Origin: Camelus dromedarius
Taxonomy: Eukaryota
Length of the DNA stretch: 64,000 nt
Direction of reading: 5' to 3'
Assembly (NCBI RefSeq): GCF_036321535.1
Contig: NC_087437.1
Coordinates: 15,254,001 to 15,318,000 of the forward strand
Position numbers and translations under genes: made by a program. The notes below the pieces were generated by a model. That model was given only the letters and a program-made list of their open reading frames with translations, was not told the DNA's origin and did no database searches. Below, piece after piece: positions 12,901 through 24,900 of the stretch. Each line of letters opens with the position of its first letter. Positions within the stretch are counted from its first letter, which is position 1.

Positions 12901-15900
12901 AGAATGTGAAAAAGAGGCAAAGAATATAAACATAATAGTTAACTTGAAAAAAACAAACCACACAAATGACCAACAAAATTTCAAAATGACTTTCGGTCTC
13001 ACTCCTAAGTAAAGAAATGCAAGTTACATCGGGAGAAGCCATTCTCCTCGTAAGACTGGAACAGACAAAAAAGCCCGCTACCTGCCAGTTTAAGCAAGAG
13101 TGTGAGGGAACAGGCTCATCAACAGCATGTTGGGTAGGTGGGGGAAGCAGCATCTAACAAAATTTTTAAGTGCACATACCCTTCACCATCATCAGTCCCA
13201 CTGCTAAGAGTCTACTCACAGAAGCTCACCAATTGTACAGCTGTACAACTGTTCAACTGTAACAGCAAGAAACCCTAACAACCAAAGTGCCCAGCAACAT
13301 AGAACTAGTTAAATTAGCACACAAGAATACTATGCAGCTATGTTTTTAAGAAGTTTTGTCTGTATGTACTGACAGAGGAAGATCTGCGAGATACATTAAA
13401 TTTAAAAAGTAAGGTGCAAAACTGTGTGTGTGTGATCAGTCGTATTTCAAAAACAGATTTATTTGGAAAATTAGATATATTTGGTGCTTTTTTTTTTCTT
13501 ACTCATGGAGAGTCATAAGAAATTGTTTATGGTGGTTACTTTTAGAGGTGGGAGAATTTACATTTTGTACCTTTCTGTCCTGTTTACACTTTCTAACTTA
13601 ATATACAACTATAAAAAATGACCACAGGAGTTCTGACTGGAGATTGTGGTGCATTTTATTGTCTTCTTCTTCTTACCTCTCTGTGGTTAAAAACAAACAA
13701 ACAAAAAGAATTAATATTACATTAGCAGAAGAAGATTTAATTTTCAGATAATACCCAAAATTAGTATGATTATTCCATTTTATTTTCAGCTTCTTAACTC
13801 ATGCTTTTTGGTCCAAAGTAACAAAACAGAACTAAAATTGGCTTTTAGTTCAATGTTTTGAAATAAAACATGATAAATGCAATTTACCAATGTCTTTAGT
13901 CTGCACCTTCCAAAGAATTTGAAGCCATCAAATATCTGCACAAATCTACAAGGATTTCTTATCTTACAGGGATCACTAGCTTAATGGTACAGAGGATTTT
14001 CTTCACTGTTTGAAAAGAACATTTCCATTAAGTGAATAATATATTTTCATTATAAAACTGAAAATGAGTTTTAATTTTTTAAAAATGGTTTTTAGATTTC
14101 AAAAACAAAATTAAGAGTATATTGTTAATACTTTCAAAGAAACTAATAATAAATTTGTATGTCAACAGTAAAAAGATAGTAATAATTTATAAATCTTCTG
14201 ATCAATGCAGTAGAAGAGAGAAAAAGATAAGACTGGCAAAGCCAAGACCCACATCCCAGCTCTATCTAGTAAAATGCTGAACCAACAGTAAAATCCAGAC
14301 CACTAAACTCAGGCACCATGATCACACATTCTCTCCTTAAAAGTGGAGCTGTCAAAGCTAAGAAATCATAAATTTCACTTACTTCCAAGTCTAACTAACC
14401 CATGGAATCACTCCCTCTCCTACTACTTGCTCCTACTGTCCACTTTCCAGACAGCTCCACTTGGTTAAAACTTCTGTAGGAATGCAAAGTGAGTAGACAA
14501 AAGCAAAGAACTTGAAACACTTGCTACTGCTTTAGAAAAAGAACTTCATCCCAGTGTATGCTGGAATAAACTCTAGTTATTTAAAAACTGTTTAAAATTT
14601 AGGATCATTTAGTAAATGGTAGAATGCACCTTTTTACTCTTTCTGTAATCTGATTTTTAATAAAATTATGGCTATGACTCTTTAGGGGCTGGAAGGATGT
14701 TTTTAGAAATAAAAACTAGTAATAGTTGGAGGTCTGTACCCAGCTGGTAAGGGTTTACTTTCCTGTAAACTTGTACAGAGATCCAAGTAGAATAAAAGGT
14801 AACTTCAGGATGTGTCATTTTTGGAATAATTTTTCAAGTTCTTAACTTTGATAAACATGTTCTATTAAACAAGGGGCACTTGAGCTGGAAGACAGGCTAA
14901 GAAAACTTTGGAGAAAAAATAATTTTATATATTAAGTAAGAAAAATCATTTTCCTGGATTCCTTACCCAGTCTGGTCCTAATCTTTTAATTTTAAATACT
15001 GAAAGGTCTACCGTTAATATATATACATTTGAGAAGAATACTATATAATAATTAACATTCTAAAAGTTATAAGAAAGAGCAAAGTGATTTAAAAAACCCA
15101 CTTATTTCTAAGCTGTAAAAAATTAGAAGCTATTAAAGAAAATAATAATGTAATATCAAAATCTCAAATTGATTCATTTTATGGAATTCAATTTCACAAT
15201 ATTCATTCTGTGAAAATCAGATTCCTAACTTCAATCTCTGGAAATTTATATTGGAATATTCATTAAATCTCTGTGAAAAAATACAAATTTTTTAAGAAGC
15301 CAAATGTCAATTTCCAGCTTATGTCCAAAGGCAAAGGTCATTCTTTTAAAAACTATTTTTTTTTTTGCATTTTAAGCTATGCTTCTAACTGTATAGCTTG
15401 TAACAAAGCTATACATTTGTCAACGAACTTCATCAGCTCTACATAGCTTCAATTTAAAAATAAAAATAACATTCCCAAAGAACAGATCTCATATACTCAA
15501 TCATGTGGAGTTATTTAACAATTTTGAGGCAAAGAATGTGGTCAGCACACTTCCTCTGTGTTTCCTATGCAAACCATGACCATGTCCCGGCTAAGGACTC
15601 ACTGTGCTTTCTCTTGTTTCCGTCTGGCTCTGAAAGAACATTATAATTACGGTGGTAAGACACAGAAACAAGCAAGTGGCTACAATTCAAATGTATACGG
15701 AAAGAGAAATCTTATCTTGTGAAACAGTTCCAGTATCCACATTGTGTTTTCTTATCACTATTATTTCCTTTTTTCCTCCTCTTCCAATCCTAAATCAACC
15801 CAATTCTGAACAGAAACCTCTTCTGTTAATTCAAGATTCATTCAGAGAACAAATTAACAATAGCCTAGTTCTAAGTTATCCATAGAATATTTATCAACCC

Positions 15901-18900
15901 CAGAAGAAATACTAGAATGAAAGGGAAATGTTTCCTTAAAAAAAAAAAAAAAAAGAAAATATAACAAGAGGCAGCAGTTATTAAACTTAAGGTTCAAATT
16001 TTACATTTACAAAGAATAATATGGAAAATATCCTTCAAAACTAGTCAGAAAACTTAGTTTGACCAAACTTAAATATCAATCTTTAAAATAAGTGTTTTGA
16101 GGTTAGGAGAAGTGAGTGAATAAAATAAATACTGAACAATATTGTAAGTTAAACCATTTGTTTGGAAAAATAAAAAGTATGAATGTGTGTTTGTGTTTGC
16201 AGTATTCTTAAGCAAGAAGTTCTGCTAAATTAAAAGAAACAAAATTCCAAGGATTTTTTTTAGATTAGTATAACCCAACTTTTTAGAAGCACTAAACTTA
16301 AATTCTTCATACTTTCCAAGAATTCCTTGAAGTAAATTTAGAAACGTAAGTTCTTATAAAGTAACTTTGTAAACTTCATAAATGGTCACCTTGCTACTCA
16401 TAATACTAAATCTAATTTTGCCCTCAATTTCTACACCTTAAATGCTAAATTTGTTTTTCCAAAATTAATATCCGGTTATCTCAACTTATATCAGACACTG
16501 TCAGACATTAAGCACTATTTAAATTACCAACTTTTCTTTCCTCTTAAAGTGAACAAAGAGACTTAGCAAAGAATTATTTAAGATTTTACAAATATCAATT
16601 ATAAATCATTAAAATTCTAACATCTAATATTTTAAAAGGTCTTGCTAATTTACCAGTATTAGGCAATAAGCCATATATAAAAAATATTCTAGTATATTGA
16701 GAATCTCTAACTGAAAAATTTATGTAAATCCGTAAGTGAAAAATTAAGCATCACATTTCTCCAAAAGGATAGTATGTAAAAAGTATTCTGTTCATGAAAA
16801 TATAAACATTAGAAAACAATCTAGTAACATCTACCAAAATTTTAAGTGTAAACACCTCCTGGGGCAGCAATTCCAACTACAACTATACTTGCAAAACTAT
16901 ACCAAGAAATACACACACACACAGATAATTTCTGCAGATTACATATAACAACAAAAAAAGGAGGGAAGAGGGAGTGAGAGGAAGGTAAACAGCAGCTATT
17001 CATATATGGTGTGGTGGGTCTGGGGGGCATTTTTTCCTTTATAGTCCTCAGTACTGGGGGTGGGGGTGAGCTGAAACAAAGGAAAAACTACTAACAACAT
17101 TTTTTAAGAAGGAAAAACCACAGAATTTTAATCTTGGGGAGAACATATTAGACAAAGCAAAAATGAAATCACGTGAATGCAGTTTAACTAGAAGCCTGAG
17201 TACTGGGTGTATCTAGCAAATGTTTAATGTCTTAATTCATTAGCTTTTATTTTCTATACCTTAGTGAGAACCACACAAATCTCCTAAAAAGTTAGACTAT
17301 ATGAGCTAACTCAACATGGACTGATTTAAAGGTCTTGCACACACTGGGAATTCGAGACAGAATTTCACTGGCATAGCCACCTCAGACAGAAAAGTATTAT
17401 GGGAGTAGCACGGGAAATAAAATCCTACCTTTAACTGTTTTTACAAATGTTTGTTTTTCTTTGTTTGGATCCTTTTCATCTACTAAAATCCCATGGAAGA
17501 TACGCCCAAAAGTACCTAAAAGGGAAAATAATAATTATTGAGATCATATGATAACTTTCATAAAATAATAAGTAACTTTCTGGCACAACATAAATTAAAC
17601 ATAAAAAGGGCATATGTGATTAATAACATTACTCCAGCCCTAGAGTAAAAGGAACTCAAATCTTTGTTTTTTAATGTAAGAAGTTCTTTGTGACTATAAA
17701 ATATCTTGACTTGTCTTTAGAAATACTATATTTAAATTAAGTATATGACAATTCTTTCTGAAATATCCTAAACAAACTAATGATACAGCCAGGGGCACTG
17801 GAGCTCAGTAATGGGTATCTATAGAGGCACTTCTCAGTTTTTAGGCTTAGCCTCAGAGCAATGACAAAGGAGAAAAATGGACTCTCCTCATACATTCAAA
17901 TACACATCAAAAACTCTGTTTCCGTTAATTACTATTTGCCACTGAGGACAGTTCAAGCCCCTCCCTCAGCTGTCACTGACCTACAAACATCCCAACCAAC
18001 AGATGAATTCATACTGACTCATATGCATCCAAAACATTCCAAATTGAATTATGGAAGGGGAGAAAAAGTAATTCTCTATTTAATAACTTGAAGAGTTCAA
18101 TTAAGTATTTTATTATTAATTTCTGTCCTCTTCTTTCAGCATTCTCCCCAATCAATAACCTAAAACTCAAAAAAGAAACCAAGGAACAGCAAGTGAAGAA
18201 GGGAAAGGTACTAATATCTACCAAACACCTATCACGTGTTAGCTCATTTAAGGTGCATCATTTCATCTAATCTTCACAACCAGCCTAAGAGTAGAAAACA
18301 CAGTCCTAATTTACAGAAGAGGACACTGGACATGGAAGACAGTTAAGTGATCTCTCCAAAGTCACACAAGTAATACATTATGGGACCAGAGTTGGAACTT
18401 GGGCATAACTCCAAAACCCATGCACGTTTCTTCTGCTAGAACCCTCCCCACTTTCCATCACAGAGATAATTACCTCGAATATTTCCAAGAGGCCTGCTAG
18501 GAGGTAAACATCTTTAGACAAGAACTAAACAGAAAATATACTTTAAAGATGACAAACACTAGTACATCAAGAACTGCACAAAAGCTGTATTAAGGCAAAT
18601 TAAAGACCTAAAGAAAGGGGAAATAAAAATCAGTTTTATAGAGGGAATAAATTGTGCACTGCTTCTTATCCTTAGACACAAAATGAGATGAAATTCCTAA
18701 AATTTGACAAAAAATTTTAGAGTACTAACATTAAATCTTTCTTGAAAACCTGATTTTGAGATAATAAATACCTTCTTGGAGTACATCTTTTAGAGTTATC
18801 CTCTCCCTGGATATGGCTATGTCCTTCACCTTAGCTTTGGCCTCCGAAAGAGTGACGCTTCTCAGGTCGTTCTTCTCTATTCGCAAGGTAGGGTAACCTG

Positions 18901-21900
18901 AGGAGCCAACAAGGCCAAACCAAGAAATATAAATACCCTTATTATGGCACCAGGGTTAAGTAGCTCAATTAGAACCTCAGGACTCAAGCCACAGGAATGG
19001 ATGAATGTTACTGATCATAAGAGGAACAAGGCACACACACGAACAGGTAGAATTACTCATGAAGGCCATACTAAATTTTAAAGAAACACTTTTCCACCTA
19101 CCCCAAAATCTTAAAATGCAGAATTAAAATAAGAAACACTATAAATAATATTACATTACTACCACTTCAATTGCCTTTCAGCCAAATGAAACAAGTTTGA
19201 CTCAGGCAATTTAATTTAATCCCTCGTATGGACTGTTTTCCTCCCCAACGATTTTCTAATACAGTCTTCTAACAAAAGAATTTTTCAAATAAAGAGGTGC
19301 TTGTAAAAATATCTTTTCTAACAAAATGTATAATTAGTTTAATCATTCTGGCATCCATACAGCCCAGTCATACCACTGTGAGATTCATGTTTGTCTTTCA
19401 GTTCCCTTAATTCCCCACTCAATATGATGATACCAAAATTTCTGGCCATAAATTAAAATTTTCATTATAAGAAAGGAGGTTAGAATAAAAGGAAGACCCA
19501 GTGTTACCAAGTAGAAATTGGAATGGTATCTCCATTGGAATGTTATCTGGGGGAAGAAAAATCCCTAAAAAATGAGTGGGCTTAGACAATGATCATCAAT
19601 GGCTGCTAGAAGAATTACAGGAAAGGCTTCGGAAAACTTTACGATGGACGGATTAGCCTGACAAAATCTGACTCTACTGATCAGCAGTTTGACCACGATA
19701 TGTCTAGGTGTGTGTGCATACGTGAGTATTTATGTATGTTTAATCCTGCCGGGAGTTCTCTGAGTTTCTTGCATCTGTGGTCTGTTGTATTTGGTTATTT
19801 TGGAAAATTCTTGGCCATTTTGTCTTCAAATACTTTTTCTGCTTCTTTTTCTTTTTTTTCTTTATAAAGAAATGTATTTCCACTGGTTTTTTTTTTTTTA
19901 AGCACTGTTTTTATCACATATAAGAAGTGAATTATCTATCTCCTTAAGGTAATGTATATAAAAACAAGTAAATTTCTTATTGGTGGTAACTCAGAAAATT
20001 TTTTGACAAAAAATGTATTTCACTGGTTTAAAAAAAAAGTATTTTACTTTTAGCATATATAATAATTTAATTATCTATCTCTTTAAGGTTATATCCACAG
20101 TCAAGAACTGACTCTAAAAAGCTTTGCTCTTAAAAACAACAATGTGTTTCCTGTGAGTAGTTTGAACTACTCACATCTATCACCATATTTCCTGAAGAGC
20201 ATCTGTCTTTCTTTCCTTGGTGGAGATGTTAACTACTATTATGATTTTTCCTAGGTTTCTTTTAAGCTAGTGTCCCCTCCTCGTCTTTCCTTTTTCTTGC
20301 CACTGTCTTATTAAAGAATTTGGGTCAATCACCCTGGAGAATGTCCAGCAGCTGCCCCTTCTAGTGCCATCTAACTTGTATTCCTATCTCTGTATTTCTT
20401 ACAAACTGTAAGTCAGTTTTACAGCCTTAATTACATGCAGGTTAACTCTTGGAGGAGAGAGGAGAGACAAGAATAATCCATCTGGGAGTACAAAATATCT
20501 ATTCTTAATGATGCTAAGTTTCAGTAATGGGTTCAGGAGGTGACAATCTGATCCCCAAAAAGGTAAAGTTCCCAACTTCCCTTTGTTCATAGGGTTTAAA
20601 ACAGTGATGATCTTTTCATGAATCTATTAGGGGATACAAATATGATTTTCTAATTCCATCATTCCTTCCACATTTATTAGCTGAGATTCTTCTGTAAAGA
20701 AACATTTCCATCATCAACCAGCACTACTGGTTACTGCAAAATACAGTTCACGTAGCCAGTTGTCAGAGTAAAGATTACTGGTGCCTTAGTTAACTCACAT
20801 AATGATCAATTCTTTTTAAAAAAAGTATCATTACAAAGTTGTAGATTTTTACACATTTTTACATTTCACATTTATACACTTCCAATCCACTGTAGTCATT
20901 ATTCTTTTTGCTGCTCAGTGGTGCCATTTTGGGGAGTTCCTGTCTTTAGCAGCTTCCTTAATGTTTGACTCAGCAAATGTCCCAGGTTTATCTTACACAT
21001 TCCTGACCCAGTCCTGGAAGCATCTGTTTCTCCAAAGAATCCTATTTTTAATGGGAAACAGTTTTGAAAGGCCACAAGAGGGCACTGAGTGAAGAAGAGA
21101 TAATTTTTAGTTTACTAAAGAGTAAATGCCAGTGGGGGAGGGTATAGCTAAAGTGGTAGAGCGCATGCTTAGCATGCACGAGGTCCTGGGTTCAATCCCC
21201 AGTACCTCCATCGAAAAACTAAATAAATAAAACTAATTACCTTCCCCCTGCAAAAAAAAAAAAAAAATCTTAAAAAAAAAAAAAGTAAATGCCAGCCCAA
21301 AGAAGGTAACAGTTAACTGCCTACAAGAACCTAACTAATCAATGGCACCACTGGGTGGAGCCCTGACTTGCAGCCCACTGTCTATCCTGACAACTGTATT
21401 TCTTATTTGTAAGTGACTAAGTCTTCATTATGTCCAAATTATACTCTATGAATGATTATTTTTCCCCCAAATCTACATGTTACAGTATAAAAACTTTCAT
21501 CAAAATCCTATTCAAAAAAAGGGGGAAATCAGCTCCCATGCTCTCAACTCTAATGGCTGCTAATTCCTGTCATGATCAGAAGACAATGTAAAGTCCACAC
21601 CAAAGCCCATGAGATCATTAAACGATGCATTAACACCCAAGTCTCTGGCTTCATGCAGCTCAGTGGTTTACTCTCACTAACTGAAAGTCTTCCTTCTAAA
21701 TCTGTATAGAAGTGATTCAGTAGGTTTTTAAATATAATCTATAGAATTCTCCCCAAAACTAATGCTAGCAATTAAACTTAAAATTTTAACACTCCAATTT
21801 TTTAGAATGTTTTATTCAATGCCCTAGAAAGGCTAGTGCTGCACCTGTTGGATACTACGTACATAGCATGGTGCGCGTCCCACAAGTAACTAACCACACA

Positions 21901-24900
21901 GGACCATGGACAGAGAGACCATCGACAAGTTTAGTAAATTATCTTTAGAATTAAATTAACTCTTACTGGTGATAGGAGTGGCATTGTTGGGTGTGTCGGC
22001 TCTCAGATACTGAGTCGTCTGGGTAGATGGCTGAGACAGCCCTTGGGAACTACTGCTGGCACTGATGCTGCAAACAAGTTTTAACAGAGAAATACATGGT
22101 GAGTTAGCGTCAATGAGAAATTTCCTCTTTCCATATATACAAAATGCATGGAGCCATTTTAACCAGCTTAAAATCCTAATGGAGATCACAATAATGCACG
22201 GATCTCCATCACAAAAGTTCCATATTGAAATTTTAATCTACCTCATAATGTAGAGCTCTATTTTTTCTTTCCTTTTTAGTTCTATAATCATCAGGCCAGT
22301 TTTTCATATCAAAGTCACTCACAAATGTGGTATTAGTCCTCAGACACCACAGACAGCAGTTCTGCCTTACACAATGATGTGTTAGGGAACTAAGGGTCAC
22401 CTCTCAGGAAAAGAGCCCAAGCCATTCAATTAGATTGCTCTTCAAAAAAAAAAAAAGTAGAAAGATAGGCCTCTCTTAATGATAGTCCAAAATCAAATGG
22501 CCTTCAGATGAGGGGGTATCAAAGCAAATCAAATGTGCCAACAGGCTCAAAGCTTGGGAAGGGGTTTCCTATCTGGTTCAAGTCTGTTTAATCACATAAA
22601 TTTTGCTTCTTCTACTCCCCAATCCCACTTTTCTAGAATTTATGGAACTTATTAGAAATCTCTAGCACTTGAAGCATTCCATTATACCATATTCTTTAAA
22701 TAATCAGGAGACCCAGAACGCGGCAGGTTCAAATGACTGCAAACCCTATACTCAAGATTACTACAAATTAATGTCCTTTTATTTTGTTAGTGGACAGCAA
22801 CCTTATCCCAGATCACCCTTGGGCACATCCCAATTTCACTGCTTCAGCCCTTATAATTCTGCAGAAGTGGAGAGAGAAACGCAGAAATTCAGCAGGAAGA
22901 GTGAAATCAAAGAGTAAAATCATCCCTGCCAGGATAGACCTTCCATGCTCCCTTAGCTACAGGATCAGCAGAGGATCCCAACTTTCCTAAATACATAAAA
23001 TCTTTTAACTGACCATACCCCACACAATAGTTCTGTATTTTCAAAACCTGAAGATTGAAAAAAATACATAGTGACAAAAAGCTGCTATCCAAGAATTGAT
23101 CTATGTAAGTCAGCCCATGCAGTGGATGTGGGACAGTACAGTGAAGAGACAGAAAGCATAATCTTGAAATCAAAACTGCCAGGACCAAAATTTATTTGCC
23201 AGCTGTATGACCTTGGGCAAACTAATGCTTCTGGAGCCTCAAATTCCTTGTGGATAGAATGAGCATAATACTACCTCCCGACAAGGTTGCTAAAAGAATT
23301 ACATAAAAAATACAAAAGTAAAGCATTGAAGGGCAGTGTCTTGCCCTCAAACATATATTTACATATTATTAGTAGTAATTATTTTTATTACCACCAATAC
23401 TATGCACCCCCAATCCTTAGAACCATGGGGCACCTGTTTTCGAAGTTCTGAGTACTACTCAAAGATTACGCTGGGAATCAACGTTGTTAAAAGTCCCTGA
23501 CTCAATAATGAGGGAACAGAAGCACTACCATCCCCAAAGAGGGGGGAAACAATGGAACGCAATTTACTTACCCGTAAAATGGGATTAAGAAAACCTACCT
23601 CCCAGGATCTTTGTGAGCCTCAAGTTGTATAATATACATGAATGTACTACTTAAATATTACCTACAACCAACATACACTGATGGTTGAATAAATACGCAC
23701 AGACTCCAGATTATTTACTAGTTATTGTGTCTCTCTCCAGTAACTCAACAGCAGGTGGCACTCTTGTACCACCTCAGAATTCCTGAAAAGCCTGGGCACA
23801 CAAAGATGTTACGAGCTCGTCCGTACTCAGTGGTCCCTACACCTAGCACAGCATTGTTAAATGGTCAGAACAAAGGTCCTTTGAAACCCCAGGCTTACTG
23901 TTATGAGAAAAGCAGGGAGCAAGCAGTTGGGGATCCACTCTGATATCTATTAAAGTCCGTATCTACACGGCTACGTCACATGAGGTAAAAGGTGAGACAA
24001 AAATGTACATTTGCTAGCACTTAAGAGTTTAAAACTAGTATAGATAAATCATCTCATTTGGCTTTCATAAGCAAGTAAGATTAGTTATGAAGATATTAAC
24101 CTAGGGCAAAGGTCATCATTTTCCTTAAGGGCACTTACTATAATTTGTATTTTTCTATGTAATTCATTTATTTATTTATTCATTCAACAAATATTTACTG
24201 TCTACTACATTCCAGATACTGCACTGGGTGCTGGGGACACAGCAGTGAACATAACAAAGATCACTTCCCTCATGCAGCCTATTCCTACCAGGGATATCTT
24301 AGTTAATTTAATGTCTGTCTTGCCCAAGCATACTATAAACGGCACGAGGGCAGGAAAAGTACCTGTTTGCTCACTCCTCCCTTCCCAGCACTTAAGCCAG
24401 TGCCTGCCACAGGAGGCCTCAAGTGGACCCAACTGAGCCTTAGTGAGAATGCAATTAACTTAGTGAATCAATCAATCAACAAACAAAAAAACACACTTCC
24501 TTGGAATAAAAAGCTATAAACCAGACAGAATGGTTGCTTCTGACATGAACTACTGATATCTATTGAAAGAGGCAAAGAATTATTGCTGTAATAAAATGGT
24601 CTCCTGCCTCTCTACTCATTCTTCATTCAACGAATTCTTCGTGCAGCATTCATTCAACCGATACCTGTTAAGACACTGGATACAGAAACCAATAAAGAGA
24701 AGCAAAGGGGACCTTGTCACCAGTAATGGCAAGGGTGATGGGGTAAAGGAGATAGTGGAAAATGAAGATACTGCCAAAGAACAAGTTCAAGTATCTCACA
24801 AAAAAGAGCTGAACTCTCCTACAGCCAAGAGCTAATGGGAAAGACTACAGAGCAGACAGGGTGCAGACCAGCCCTCTGTGGAAGGACTTGGACATGGAGA

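Noticed and set aside
21134..21209. Apparent tRNA-Ala(AGC) genes here and at 30973 and 59322
   Set aside because: Each has a TSD, an A-rich tail, extra 5' G residues and stem mismatches, so they are SINEs, not tRNA genes.
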